A DNA stretch of 64,000 bases, from contig JBBIML010000007.1 in the NCBI GenBank assembly GCA_037444405.1, positions 180,674 through 244,673 of the forward strand, written 5' to 3'. This document shows, in pieces, positions 32,123 through 42,284 of the stretch. Numbering within the stretch: position 1 is the first letter of the stretch; the number at the start of each line of letters is the position of its first letter. Made by a program: the position numbers and the translations under genes. The DNA is from Armatimonadota bacterium (GTDB lineage: Bacteria > Armatimonadota > Fimbriimonadia > Fimbriimonadales > GBS-DC). The notes beneath the pieces are model-generated. The model saw only the letters and a program-made list of their open reading frames with translations. It made no database searches and was not told the DNA's origin.

Positions 32123-33136
32123 GTGGCACGGCGCGCCGTCGAGTACGATAGTCCATGGAAAGAGGCTCTGGAACATTTTCTGGAGCCGTGCTTGGCACTT
32201 TGCTTTCCCCATCTGCACGCGTTGGTGGATTGGACACGAGGGTTCACCTTTTTGGAGAGCGAACTGCGGCGTCTATTGCCTGACAGCCGCACACGGCGCC
32301 AGATGGTTGACAAGCTCGTGCAGGTCTATCTGAAGGATGGCAGCGAGCAGTGGGTGCTGATCCATGTGGAGGTGCAGTCGCAGTCGGAGGCAGAATTTGC
32401 CGAGCGGATGTACGCTTACCATGCAAGAATCTGGCTTCAGTTTCGACGCCCTGTGATAAGCGTTGCGATTTTAGCTGACGAGAATCGCAACTGGCGTCCG
32501 CGCGAGTATCGACACGAGTTAGCGGGCTGCGAGCTTCGGTTCCGCTTCCCAATAGTCAAGCTGCTGGACATGGACGAGCAGGTGCTGGAGCAGAGTCCGA
32601 ACCCGTTCGCGCTGGTGATTCTGACCTATCGGCAGGCTGTGCGGACACGCGGTACGCCAGAGTTACGCCTGAGCGAGAAGATTCGCCTGACGCGCTTGCT
32701 GGTCGAAAGAGGGTATGATTTTAACGCAGCGGTACAATTGCTGAGGCTGGTGGATTGGTTTATGAGACTACCGGAGCTGTTGGAAGAGACCTATCAGGGC
32801 TACCTGCGTCGGCTGCGCGAAGAGGGCGTGCGCTATATCAGCAACTTCGAGCGCATCATTATTCGCGAAGGGTTGGAGCAGGGACTGCAGCAGGGATTGC
32901 AGCAGGGATTGCAGCAGGGACTGCAAGACGCTATTCTTGGGGTTCTGGAGACCCGATTCGGTGTGCTGCCCGAATCGCTCCAGGATAAGGTGCGCCGGAT
33001 CAATTCACTGGAGGTTCTGAATACTCTCTGTCGGCAAGCCGCGATAGTCGACAACCTTGATGCGTTCGAGCAGCAGCTGGAACGCCTGTGGCAGTCATCG
33101 ATACCTGATAGCAGCGCGCCCGACCCGAATCAGTAA
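32123..33136 (+). CDS. Rpn/YhgA-like PD-(D/E)xK putative transposase/nuclease
   Basis: YDSPWKEALE, VDKLV, LIHVEVQ, FAERMYxY, GLQQ repeat and LETRFG tail. Confidence 0.8.
   Translation: MARRAVEYDSPWKEALEHFLEPCLALCFPHLHALVDWTRGFTFLESELRRLLPDSRTRRQMVDKLVQVYLKDGSEQWVLIHVEVQSQSEAEFAERMYAYHARIWLQFRRPVISVAILADENRNWRPREYRHELAGCELRFRFPIVKLLDMDEQVLEQSPNPFALVILTYRQAVRTRGTPELRLSEKIRLTRLLVERGYDFNAAVQLLRLVDWFMRLPELLEETYQGYLRRLREEGVRYISNFERIIIREGLEQGLQQGLQQGLQQGLQDAILGVLETRFGVLPESLQDKVRRINSLEVLNTLCRQAAIVDNLDAFEQQLERLWQSSIPDSSAPDPNQ
32870..32926 (+). repeat. 12-bp tandem repeat encoding GLQQ
   Basis: About 5 copies of gg(a/g)(c/t)tgcagcag. Confidence 0.85.
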
Positions 33137-33148
33137 TCTTGGGCAGGC

Positions 33149-33727
33149 TTACAGGGCGAACTCGCGCAGCTCGTATCTGCCCGGCTGAAGTCGCACCAGC
33201 AGGCAGATGCGGTCGGTATCGCCGTCATAGAACACATAGAACGGCTCCTCTTCCAGCTCCGCCTGCAGTAAGGCTTCTTCGACGGGCATCGGCTTGAGGC
33301 TTACCAGCCGCGTGCGCACGAGCGTGGGGTTCGATTCCGCTTCTTCGCTGGCTTCGGTGGCGGCGATGGGCAGCGATTCGCGCTCAGTGCGTGTCAGGCG
33401 ATTGCTGCCGCGTTGTAGGCGCTCTTTATAGCGCGTTAGCTGGTGTTCCAGCCCCTGCACGGCGGCGTCGACCGCCACCCGCAGCTCGGCAGCACGCTCG
33501 GCGTAGTGGAAGCGGTGCCCGTCCGCGCTTTCGAGGTGGATGGAGATGCTGTGCTGCCCGCGCTGGAACTCGTGCGTAACCTCAATCCACAGGATGCGAT
33601 GGAAGAATCGGGTCAATTTGCGCAGTTTGCGCTCGATGTACGCCTTCGCATCGGCAGGCAACTCATCATGCGGGCTTCGAATGGTAATATCGCCGATTTC
33701 GACCTCTTTGCGTCTCTGTTTTGCCAT
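33149..33727 (-). CDS. hpf: Ribosome hibernation promoting factor (long HPF/RaiA)
   Basis: YIERKLRKL, AVDAAV..LEHQL..YKERL, LKPMPVEEALLQ C-terminal domain. Confidence 0.88.
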   Translation of the reverse strand: MAKQRRKEVEIGDITIRSPHDELPADAKAYIERKLRKLTRFFHRILWIEVTHEFQRGQHSISIHLESADGHRFHYAERAAELRVAVDAAVQGLEHQLTRYKERLQRGSNRLTRTERESLPIAATEASEEAESNPTLVRTRLVSLKPMPVEEALLQAELEEEPFYVFYDGDTDRICLLVRLQPGRYELREFAL

Positions 33728-33738
33728 GGTGAACCTCC

Positions 33739-34923
33739 TTAGTCGGCAGGTGTGCGGGGTTGATAGATGGTGGCGACGGCATGGCAGGCGATTGCCTGCT
33801 GTTTGCCGACAGCGTCCAGTCCTTCGCTGGTGGTCGCCTTGATGCTGACTTGTTCGGGCGTGAGGTTCAGAGCGTGCGCGATTCGGGCGCGCATGGCGGG
33901 GATGTGGGGCGCCAGTCGGGGCGCTTCTGCGAGGATGGTTGCGTCGATATGGGCGATTTGCCAGCCGCGTTCGGCAAGCATCTGCTGCACGCGCTGGAGC
34001 AGCACGAGGCTGCTGATGTCTTTCCAGCGCGGGTCGGTGTTGGGAAAATGTTGCCCGATGTCGCCGAGCGCGGCGGCGCCCAGCAGCGCGTCGCAGATAG
34101 CGTGCAGCACCACATCGGCGTCCGAATGCCCCTTTAGACCCAGCGCGTGTTCGATTTCCAGACCTCCCAGTATCAGTTTGCGCCCCTCCACGAGGGGATG
34201 TATATCATACCCGATTCCGGTGCGAATCTGCATCGTGCCCTCCACATGGTTGATGAGCTGACGGTAGTCGTCGGGCGTGGTGATTTTGAGGTTGAGCGCG
34301 TCGCCGGACACGGTGTGAACGGGGTAGCCTGCCTGCTCCAGCAGGAAGGCGTCGTCGGGTGCGTTGTCGAGACCTGCGCTGATCGCGCGCTGATGGGCGT
34401 CGCGCAGCCAGTCGGCGCGGAACACCTGCGGCGTCTGCACGCGATAGACGCCCTCGCGCGGAAGGGTTTGCGCCACCTGTCCGCTTTCGGTGAGGCGTTT
34501 GAGCGTGTCGTACACAGGCAGCACGGGGATGGCGGCGCCATGCTCGCGGGCGCAGGCGAAGAGGCGGTCGAGCATGGCGTGCGAGGGCAGCGGGCGCGCG
34601 GCGTCGTGAACGGCAACCCATTCGGCGTCGGACGGCACGCAGCTCAGCCCGTGGCGCACGCTTTGCTGGCGAGTCGCGCCGCCGACGCCACAGATTTGCA
34701 CATGTTTAGCAGGTTGCCCCGCACCTGAAAGGGTAAGTTCCGACTGGAAACGGGGTTCGTCGCCGGGCGCGACGACCAGCGTGGCGCCCGACACCTGCGG
34801 GTGGGTGAGCAGTTGCCGAACGGCATGCCACCAGAGCGGTCGCCCATGCAGGGGGAGCCAGAGCTTGTCGGGCTTACCGTATCGGGCGCCGCTTCCGGCT
34901 GCCAGGATAAGGGCGTGTACCAT
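33739..34923 (-). CDS. ispDF: Bifunctional IspD/IspF
   Basis: [24 protein letters not shown] then [20 protein letters not shown]. Confidence 0.95.
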   Translation of the reverse strand: MVHALILAAGSGARYGKPDKLWLPLHGRPLWWHAVRQLLTHPQVSGATLVVAPGDEPRFQSELTLSGAGQPAKHVQICGVGGATRQQSVRHGLSCVPSDAEWVAVHDAARPLPSHAMLDRLFACAREHGAAIPVLPVYDTLKRLTESGQVAQTLPREGVYRVQTPQVFRADWLRDAHQRAISAGLDNAPDDAFLLEQAGYPVHTVSGDALNLKITTPDDYRQLINHVEGTMQIRTGIGYDIHPLVEGRKLILGGLEIEHALGLKGHSDADVVLHAICDALLGAAALGDIGQHFPNTDPRWKDISSLVLLQRVQQMLAERGWQIAHIDATILAEAPRLAPHIPAMRARIAHALNLTPEQVSIKATTSEGLDAVGKQQAIACHAVATIYQPRTPAD

Positions 34924-36007
34924 AGTCGGTGCCACCTTCTGTCGAGTCGCTCCACTGTTTGGGTTCGGCGAAAATCATTTTGCCGCGCGTGGACTGCAGC
35001 ACGCTCGTGACGACCACATCGATGGCTTGCTGGATGTAGGGTCGCCCGCCTTCGACCACCACCATTGTGCCGTCTTCGAGGTAGGCGATGCCCTGCTCTG
35101 GTTCCTGCCCCTCGCGGATGGGGGTGACGGTCAGTTCCTCGCCGGGCAGCACATGGATTCGCACGGCTTCGGCGAGTTCGTTGATGTTCAGCACGCGCAC
35201 GCCCTGCAGTTCCGCCACGCGGTTCAGGTTGTAATCGTTGGTGATGATGTCGGCTCGCAGCGCTTTTGCCAGTCGCACCAGTCGCGCGTCCACATCGTCG
35301 TTGGCGGGTGGCGCGAGTCGGTCGTGCGTGCGCACCTCCAGTTCGGCTTCCTGCTGGAGCTGCTTGAGTACTTCCAGCCCGCGTCGTCCGCGGGCGCGGC
35401 GCAGTGGGTCTTCCGAATCGGCGATATGTTGCAGTTCATCCAGCACGAAGCCCGGCACATAGAGGCGTCCTTCCAGGAAGCCTGAGCGCCAGATGTCGCG
35501 GATTCGCCCGTCGATAATCACGCTGGTGTCCAGCACCTTGATGCCGCGCGAGCGGCGCGCCATCTGCGCGGTGAGTGGCAGGTACTCTTTCATGCTCAGG
35601 AAGCTGACCACGCTGAGGTAGACCAGCACGGTGAAGACGAGCAGGGTGAGCGCCCAGCCCAGCCGTGCGCCGCCTATCGCGAACAGCAGGGGATAGAGCG
35701 CGAAGGTGATAATCGCCGCTGAGAGCAATCCCAACCCGATTGCCAGCTTCTCGTCGGGCTCCGCCTCCTCCAGATGTTGCGCCACACGCGACAGCAGTTC
35801 GAAGCCGTGATTGCCCACCAGAATGCCCAACAACAGCCCCGCCGTTGTGAAACCGATCCGTGTCCAGAGCGGCGAGATTGCCACATCGCCACCCCACCGC
35901 TCGCTCACCATCCGCAGAAAGGGGTCCGTCAGCAGGAAGCCCACTGTGGCGAACAGCACCATCCCGACTGCCACGAACAGCCAATACATGAAGCGATGGA
36001 TAGTCAT
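34874..36007 (-). CDS. Membrane PIN/TRAM domain protein (YacL-like)
   Basis: [42 protein letters not shown]. Confidence 0.93.
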   Translation of the reverse strand: MTIHRFMYWLFVAVGMVLFATVGFLLTDPFLRMVSERWGGDVAISPLWTRIGFTTAGLLLGILVGNHGFELLSRVAQHLEEAEPDEKLAIGLGLLSAAIITFALYPLLFAIGGARLGWALTLLVFTVLVYLSVVSFLSMKEYLPLTAQMARRSRGIKVLDTSVIIDGRIRDIWRSGFLEGRLYVPGFVLDELQHIADSEDPLRRARGRRGLEVLKQLQQEAELEVRTHDRLAPPANDDVDARLVRLAKALRADIITNDYNLNRVAELQGVRVLNINELAEAVRIHVLPGEELTVTPIREGQEPEQGIAYLEDGTMVVVEGGRPYIQQAIDVVVTSVLQSTRGKMIFAEPKQWSDSTEGGTDYGTRPYPGSRKRRPIR

Positions 36008-36056
36008 ACCGAGCCTCCCTATAGATTATACGCTTCTGCTCCCCCAAAAGTGGCGA

Positions 36057-36527
36057 TTAATCCCAGCGGTGATAGGCGGGGTGGTCGGGCGGCACTGCCA
36101 CGAACAGTCCGCGGCAGGTGGCACAGAGCTGTCCCTTCGCCCACAGCTCGCCCTCCACCACCACGCGGTTGCCCTTCGTTTCCACCACGCGCGCGGTCAG
36201 GCGCACCGGCTCATCGGTCGGCGTGGGGCGCAACAGGCGGATGTGATACTCCGCCGTAACGGTTGCGGGCGGGTGAGTCAGTCCCTGCGTTTGCATCAGG
36301 TGATAGGCGGCTGCCCAGTTGCAGTGGCAATCGAGCAGGGTGCCGATAACGCCGCCGTTCAGCGCGCCGGGAAACGCCTCGTGATGGGCTTCAGGCTGCC
36401 ACTCGGCGATCAGTTGCCCGCCCTCCACGAAGCTGCGGATGCGCAGCCCCTTCGGGTTGGCAGGTCCACAGCCGTAGCAGGTGCTGTTCGGCGCGTAGGT
36501 CTCCTGCAAGCTCTTTTTCGCGTCCAC
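36057..36527 (-). CDS. PaaI/hotdog-fold thioesterase
   Basis: CYGCGPANPKGL, NGGVIGTLLDCH. Confidence 0.85.
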   Translation of the reverse strand: MDAKKSLQETYAPNSTCYGCGPANPKGLRIRSFVEGGQLIAEWQPEAHHEAFPGALNGGVIGTLLDCHCNWAAAYHLMQTQGLTHPPATVTAEYHIRLLRPTPTDEPVRLTARVVETKGNRVVVEGELWAKGQLCATCRGLFVAVPPDHPAYHRWD

Positions 36528-36622
36528 AGGGGATCGATTCGCGCCGAAAAAGCAGGAATCCTGCAGGTGAAATGGTATACAAATGTCTACCCGGTGTCCT
36601 TTAACGAGCGGAGGGATTCGCT

Positions 36623-37051
36623 ATGGAACTCAAGGAGCCGATGGAGCAGGAGTTTGTGATTGCGTCGGAGCGCAACGGGGAGTACCCGTTCACGCGCGAG
36701 GATTCGTTCGAGCGCAAGTTGCGCCGTCATCGTCGTCGGCAGACCGAGCTGGGCGAGCATGTGGCGGTGCCGGATGTGGCGGTGGACTATTTCGAGCGGG
36801 TCGAGATCGAGGCGGTGCTGGATCGGGCGGATCTGACGCCGCGTCAGCGCTATGTGTGCGAGCGCTATCTGAGTGGCTGGACCCTGCAGGAGATTGGCAA
36901 GCAGCTCCAGATCTCCAAGCAGGCGGTGGCGAAGACGCTCAAGTTCGCCATTTCGAAGCTCAAGCGGGCGTGGGAGAGCAATCCCTATCGTGGTCTGGCG
37001 GAGGTCTATCGCTACGAGGTCAGTCGCTGTGGCGGGGCACGGCGCTGGTGA
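36623..37051 (+). CDS. Small protein with sigma70 region-4-like HTH
   Basis: LTPRQRYVCERYLSGWTLQEIGKQLQISKQAV. Confidence 0.75.
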   Translation: MELKEPMEQEFVIASERNGEYPFTREDSFERKLRRHRRRQTELGEHVAVPDVAVDYFERVEIEAVLDRADLTPRQRYVCERYLSGWTLQEIGKQLQISKQAVAKTLKFAISKLKRAWESNPYRGLAEVYRYEVSRCGGARRW

Positions 37052-37093
37052 TGGGAACCCTCCTCACCTGCCCCGCCGCAGCGCCAGCTGGGT

Positions 37094-37181
37094 GGAACAG
37101 GGTACACTATTTGTTCGTCTAAGACGGTGAGGAGGGAAGCGGAGCCACTGATGGGGAACTTCTCGCTATCCGCCCTCGTAT
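37094..37181 (+). promoter_or_regulatory. Two tandem ECF-type promoters
   Basis: GGAAC(37094)-17 nt-CGTCT and GGAAC(37155)-17 nt-CGTAT. Confidence 0.65.
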
Positions 37182-37191
37182 AACCCTCTTG

Positions 37192-37806
37192 ATGGAGGCG
37201 GGAACGGTGACTTATACGGCGGCAGCGACATGCATGGAAGACGAGATTCAGCGCGAGTTTGATGAGCTGGTGCGCCGTCACTATCGTCAAGCCTACAACC
37301 TTGCCTACCGCCTCACAGGGAACGCCGCCGATGCGGAGGACCTGGTGCAGGATGCCTTTCTGCGCGCCTACCGCTTTTTTGACCGCTACGACCGCAGTAT
37401 GCCCTTCATGAACTGGTTCAGCCGAATCATGACCAATCTCTATATTGACGAGTATCGTCGGCGTGGTCGGCTGAAGACCGTCTCGCTGGATGAGCCGTTG
37501 CTGACCGACGAGGGCGAGGAGGGCACGCCGCTGGAGCTGCCCGATCCGGGGCTTAGCCCGCTGGAGATCGCACTTGATCGGGAGTATGTGGACGCCATCG
37601 AGGAGGGTCTCCGGCAGTTGCCCCCGGAGTTCCGCACGGCGGTCGTGCTCGCGGACAGCTACGGGCACTCCTATGAAGAGATTGCGGAGATTATGGGCAC
37701 CTCCATCGGCACGGTGCGCTCGCGCATCCATCGCGGGCGCAAACAGCTGCGGGATTACCTGATGAGGAAGTACCCCGAACTTTTCGAGCGAGGTGATGTG
37801 AAATGA
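37192..37806 (+). CDS. ECF RNA polymerase sigma factor (SigE/SigH/SigW-like)
   Basis: DAEDLVQDAFLRAY, SYEEIAEIMGTSIGTVRSRIHRGR. Confidence 0.94.
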   Translation: MEAGTVTYTAAATCMEDEIQREFDELVRRHYRQAYNLAYRLTGNAADAEDLVQDAFLRAYRFFDRYDRSMPFMNWFSRIMTNLYIDEYRRRGRLKTVSLDEPLLTDEGEEGTPLELPDPGLSPLEIALDREYVDAIEEGLRQLPPEFRTAVVLADSYGHSYEEIAEIMGTSIGTVRSRIHRGRKQLRDYLMRKYPELFERGDVK

Positions 37807-38405
37807 ACTGTCGCTATGTGCAGTCTCACCTTTCGGCGTACATCGACATGGAACTGACGGGCTGGGAGCAGCAGCGGATTCGCGCTCATCTGGAGTGTTG
37901 TCTGGACTGCTCGGCGGAGTACGAGACCCTGCGGCGCATGAAGCACCTGATGCGCCATTTGCCCACGGTGATCCCTCTGAGGGGACCCGAAGCGGTTTTG
38001 CAGCGCTTGCATCGGCAGCGCGTGGTTGAGCAGGGGCGTCGGCGGTTGATCTGGCGCACGCGGTGGTGGCGCTACGCCTGGGGTGCCGCCGCCACCGTCG
38101 CGCTGCTGTTCTGGTTTTCCGCTTACGACGAAGAGAACCCCATCCGCCCCATGCAAAGCGATACCCTGACCCCGACCTTCAGCAGTACCTATTCTAACCG
38201 AACCGTTCCGCTCCCCTTACTTCAGCGCTCTCAAAACAGCCCTTTGATCAGCACCCGTTATGAACCGAACCCTGCCCCAATAGAGATATGGATGACTCCG
38301 AACCCTTCCACGCTGTATCCGTCTCAACCGGCTGTAATGCCCACAGGGGCAGGATGGCAGCCTGTGGACTCGTTTCAGCCCGCTTTTGGGCTGCAGGTCA
38401 AATAA
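37803..38405 (+). CDS. Zinc-finger (zf-HC2) transmembrane anti-sigma factor
   Basis: LSAYIDMEL...HLECCLDC plus one TM segment; overlaps the sigma stop codon. Confidence 0.88.
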   Translation: MNCRYVQSHLSAYIDMELTGWEQQRIRAHLECCLDCSAEYETLRRMKHLMRHLPTVIPLRGPEAVLQRLHRQRVVEQGRRRLIWRTRWWRYAWGAAATVALLFWFSAYDEENPIRPMQSDTLTPTFSSTYSNRTVPLPLLQRSQNSPLISTRYEPNPAPIEIWMTPNPSTLYPSQPAVMPTGAGWQPVDSFQPAFGLQVK

Positions 38406-38426
38406 TCTGTTGCAGGGAGGTGAAAA

Positions 38427-39938
38427 ATGATGAAACGCTGGTGGTTAATCGTGGGTATCGTGGCGGTTTTGAGCGTGGGCGCGGTGCTGGCGCTGCGCTC
38501 GCCGCTGGGCGCGATTGCGCAGGAGCGACTGGCGACGGTCTCGTTCACGCCGCAGGAACGCACCACGCTGGTGAGCCTCGAATCGGCGTTCGCGCGGCTG
38601 GTGGAGACCGTTCAGCCGACGGTCGTCCACATTCGGGTCAAAAAGCGCCTGCCGCAGGCGCGCATTCAGGGCGACGATGACCTGCGCGGCTTCTTCCGCC
38701 GATTTGGTATTCCCGATGATGAGATGCCTGATCTGCCCCGGTTTGCGCCTCCACGCGTGATTCAGGGCGAGGGTTCAGGCGTGATTATCCGCAGTGACGG
38801 CTACATCCTGACGAACGATCATGTGGTCAGCGGTGCGGACGAGGTAGAGGTCACCTTCGCGGACGGCAGCAAGGCGAACGGCACGGTGCTGCGCGCGCCG
38901 AATATGGATATCGCGCTGGTGAAGGTGAACCGCCGCAACCTGCCCACCGCTGTGCTGGGCGATTCGTCGACGGTGAAACCGGGTCAAATTGTGTTCGCGT
39001 TTGGCAGCCCGTTCGGGCTGGAGAAGACCGTCACGATGGGCATCGTGAGCGCGGTTGGTCGCCGTGAAGTGATTGGCGGCGCCGATATGCCCCGCTTCTA
39101 CCCCGACCTGATTCAGACCGACGCTGCGATCAACGGCGGCAACTCCGGTGGTCCGCTGGTGAACGCGCGTGGTGAGGTGATTGGCATCAACACGGCGATT
39201 GTCAGCGGGCTGACAGGCGGCAATGTGGGCGTTGGCTTCGCCATCCCCATCAATCGCGCGAAGTCGGTCGTGCGCCAGCTCATCGAGAAAGGCTCCTATG
39301 TGCGCGGCTATCTCGGTGTGGGGCTGGATGACCTCAGCCCGGAGATGAAGCAGGAGCTGAAGGTGGAGCGCGGCGCGCTGGTGGTGCAGGTCGAAATCGG
39401 CTCGCCTGCTGACAAGGCAGGCATCCGCGCAGGCGATGTGATTATCGAGATGGACGGTAAGCCCATCGAGGATCAGATCGCCCTGCGCGATATGATTGCC
39501 GAGAAGGGTCCGGGCGCGGAAGCGCGCTTCAAGATTGTGCGGGAGGGCAAAACGCTCACGGTGTCCGCCACGCTGGGTCAGCATCCCGCGGATGTGAAGA
39601 CGCCGCCTGTGCGTGGCAAAGCGGAGCTGACGCCGCCCAGCCCGATTGAGAAGCTGGGTATCCGCGTGGGCAGCGTGCCCGACGATGTACGCCGCGCGCT
39701 CAATCGTCAGCAGGGCGCGTTCGTGACGGAGGTCGACCGCGATAGCCCGGCTGCCGAAGCGGGCTTGCAGGCGGGCGACCTGATTATCGCCGTCAACGAT
39801 AAGCCCGTCAACTCGCCGCGCGACTTCGAGCAGGCGGTTCAGGGCATCAAAGGCGGTCAGACCGTGCGCCTGCGCGTGCTGCGCCAGGTGGAGGATCGCA
39901 CGGTCGAATCGCTGGTGATGTTCCGCGCACCTGAATAG
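38427..39938 (+). CDS. htrA: HtrA/DegP serine protease with two PDZ domains
   Basis: TNDHVV, DIALVK, QTDAAINGGNSGGPL. Confidence 0.95.
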   Translation: MMKRWWLIVGIVAVLSVGAVLALRSPLGAIAQERLATVSFTPQERTTLVSLESAFARLVETVQPTVVHIRVKKRLPQARIQGDDDLRGFFRRFGIPDDEMPDLPRFAPPRVIQGEGSGVIIRSDGYILTNDHVVSGADEVEVTFADGSKANGTVLRAPNMDIALVKVNRRNLPTAVLGDSSTVKPGQIVFAFGSPFGLEKTVTMGIVSAVGRREVIGGADMPRFYPDLIQTDAAINGGNSGGPLVNARGEVIGINTAIVSGLTGGNVGVGFAIPINRAKSVVRQLIEKGSYVRGYLGVGLDDLSPEMKQELKVERGALVVQVEIGSPADKAGIRAGDVIIEMDGKPIEDQIALRDMIAEKGPGAEARFKIVREGKTLTVSATLGQHPADVKTPPVRGKAELTPPSPIEKLGIRVGSVPDDVRRALNRQQGAFVTEVDRDSPAAEAGLQAGDLIIAVNDKPVNSPRDFEQAVQGIKGGQTVRLRVLRQVEDRTVESLVMFRAPE

Positions 39939-39948
39939 CGCCTGGAAA

Positions 39949-40040
39949 TCCTCACCCCCTTACCCCCTCTCCCACGCTGCAGGTGAGGGGGTTTCCAGGT
40001 CCCTCTCCCCCACCTGCGGGGGAGAGGGTACGGGTGAGAG
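39949..40040. repeat. Palindromic element pair, CCCTCTCCC family
   Basis: ccccctctcccacgctgcaggtgaggggg and ccctctcccccacctgcggggggagaggg-tacgggtgag. Confidence 0.85.
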
Positions 40041-41291
40041 CTAACATCCGCTGCCGAAGTTGAACAGCACAATTAACAAGTCGGTGTCGTCCACAGTTCC
40101 ATCGCAGTTGACATCCACGCGCCCCAGGTCGGAGCCACTGTTGCCAAATGCGAATAGTACAAACAGATCGATGTCATCTACGCAGCCACTGCCATCCACA
40201 TCGCCATTATGTGAAATGCAGCTCGTATCCAGCAAAAACGCCTCATAGCGCCCTGTCGCCGCGTTATAGCCCCGCCCCACGATACAGCGGCCATCAGGAC
40301 TGATGGCATAGGCTTCTGTTAGCACTGAGCCGCCCGTGAGCAGGCGGGCATAGGTCTGGTTCAGGTCTTCCATCCCGCCGCTTGCTGTCCAGCGAAAGGC
40401 ACGAACAGCGCCGCTGGCGTTGTCTGCCCAGCCAACGACCACAGAACCGTCCGCTGAAACCCCATGAGCCTCGCTGTAGTTGCCGCCCAGTGTGCCAAGA
40501 TCTTGCATCCCCCTTGCCGTCCAGCGAAAGGCACGCCAATCACCACTGGCGTTTTGTGCCCTACCGACTACCACTGAGCCACCCGCCGAGACGCCATAAG
40601 CATAGCTCGAATCACCTCCAAGCGTGCCCAGATCTCGCATGCCTCCTGCTTCCGTCCAGCGAAAGGCACGAGGCTGACCGCCAGTGTCTCGTGCCCAGCC
40701 CACCACGACCAAGCCGTTCGCTGAGGCAGCTATAGCTCCACTCCAATCGCCTCCCAGTGTACCGAGGTTCTGCATCCCACCACCTGGCGTCCAGCGGAAG
40801 GCACGAGGCTGACGGCTCGCGTTGTATGCCCAGCCGACCACAGTCAAGCCATCTGCCGAGACACCCCACGCCGCACTGCAGCAACCTCCAAATGCGCCAA
40901 GGTCTCGCATTCCCGTCGCCTGCGTCCAGCGAAAGGCACGCTGGGTACCAGCATCAGTTGCCCAACCTACCACCACCGCGCCGTCCGCTGAAACGCCCCA
41001 GGCTTCGCTCTCCCCCCACTCGCCTCCGAGATAACCCAAATCTTGCATGCCACCTGCTCTCGTCCAGCGAAAGGCATGAACAAAACCAGTAGCGTCGTAT
41101 GCAGCCTTACCTACGACCACACTCCCATCCGCTGAAACGCCGTAAGCCGCGCTCTGGTTGCCTCCCAGAGTGCCCAGCCAGTAGAGCCGCTGTGCGGGCA
41201 ACACCGCAAGCATCATCAGTCCCATCAACAACACACCACTCAGTCGCGCACCCAGCGCGACAAGCCCTCGGTTCCTTTGCACTGTCTGCAT
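40041..41291 (-). CDS. Secreted HAF-repeat protein with dockerin-like tail ending FGSGC
   Basis: About 7 repeats of GVSADGSVVVG...AFRWT..GMxDLGxLGG; GDVDGSGCVDD...DVNCDGTVDDTDLLIVLFNFGSGC*. Confidence 0.9.
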   Translation of the reverse strand: MQTVQRNRGLVALGARLSGVLLMGLMMLAVLPAQRLYWLGTLGGNQSAAYGVSADGSVVVGKAAYDATGFVHAFRWTRAGGMQDLGYLGGEWGESEAWGVSADGAVVVGWATDAGTQRAFRWTQATGMRDLGAFGGCCSAAWGVSADGLTVVGWAYNASRQPRAFRWTPGGGMQNLGTLGGDWSGAIAASANGLVVVGWARDTGGQPRAFRWTEAGGMRDLGTLGGDSSYAYGVSAGGSVVVGRAQNASGDWRAFRWTARGMQDLGTLGGNYSEAHGVSADGSVVVGWADNASGAVRAFRWTASGGMEDLNQTYARLLTGGSVLTEAYAISPDGRCIVGRGYNAATGRYEAFLLDTSCISHNGDVDGSGCVDDIDLFVLFAFGNSGSDLGRVDVNCDGTVDDTDLLIVLFNFGSGC

Positions 41292-41411
41292 CGTATTGAC
41301 CTCCTTCCAAAAAGTGTTTCGCAGGGGAGAGGCGTCGCTCTCCTGAAACCTATTATACACCACTTTTGCGGGGAAACGAAAAAGGCTTTAGTCCCCATTG
41401 GTCTTCTTGAC

Positions 41412-42260
41412 TTAACTCCACTCCACCTCCACCCACTCAATCCCGTCCCAGCCGTGGAAGCGGCGCTTCATCACCTCAATCGCTTCGGGGTTGTTGTCCA
41501 CCAGAATGAACCGCCTGCCCAGTTCCAGCGCGGCGACGCCCGTCGTGCCGCTCCCCGCGAAAAAGTCCAGCACCAGATCGCCAGGGCGCGACGAGGCGCG
41601 GATGATTCGGCGCAAAATGCCCAGCGGCTTCTGAGTCGGGTAGCCCACGCGCTCTTTGCTATTGGTGGGCACAATCGTGTGCCACCACACATCGGTCGGC
41701 AGCTTGCCCCACTGCGCCTTCTCCGCGCCCACCAGCCCCGGCGCCATGTAGGGAATGCGGTCTATCTCGTCGGTATTGAAGATGTAGCGGTCGGGGTCTT
41801 TCACATAGAGCAGGATGTTGTCGTGCTTGGGGGGCCACTTGCGGCGGGGGCGTCCACCGTAGTCATACGCCCAGATAATCTCGTTCAGGAAACACTCCCG
41901 CCCGAAGATGGCGTCCAGCAGAACCTTGCAGTAATGCACCTCGCGGTAGTCGATATGAAAGTAGAGGCTGCCGTGCGGCGCGAGCACACGATGCGCCTCC
42001 AGCAGGCGCGGCTCCAGAAAGGCGAGATAGTCATCAAAAATGTCCACAAAACTCCGCGAGCCGAGCATGAGCGTGCGATAGCGTTTGCCGCCGAAGCCGA
42101 CCCGATCGCCCGTTTCGGAGCGTACCGTGCGCAACGCCGTGTAGCGCTGTTCCCTGCCCGTGTTGAAAGGCGGGTCAATATAGATTAAATCCACCGACTC
42201 AGACGGCAGGATTTTCAGCACCTCCAGGTTATCGCCGAAATAGATACGCCCGCGCCACAT
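41412..42260 (-). CDS. Orphan amino (N6A/N4C) DNA methyltransferase, beta class
   Basis: IYIDPPF precedes YPTQKP and LDFFAGSGTT; no restriction endonuclease gene adjacent. Confidence 0.92.
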   Translation of the reverse strand: MWRGRIYFGDNLEVLKILPSESVDLIYIDPPFNTGREQRYTALRTVRSETGDRVGFGGKRYRTLMLGSRSFVDIFDDYLAFLEPRLLEAHRVLAPHGSLYFHIDYREVHYCKVLLDAIFGRECFLNEIIWAYDYGGRPRRKWPPKHDNILLYVKDPDRYIFNTDEIDRIPYMAPGLVGAEKAQWGKLPTDVWWHTIVPTNSKERVGYPTQKPLGILRRIIRASSRPGDLVLDFFAGSGTTGVAALELGRRFILVDNNPEAIEVMKRRFHGWDGIEWVEVEWS

Positions 42261-42284
42261 CAGAAGGAAGGATACCCGACGCCT

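Noticed and set aside
40300..41170. CRISPR-like periodic repeats
   Set aside because: They are ~130-nt coding HAF repeats with third-position variation; no cas genes
41412..42260. This methyltransferase as the cause of GGCC avoidance
   Set aside because: DPPF suggests adenine specificity, there is no partner nuclease, and the target cannot be read from the sequence
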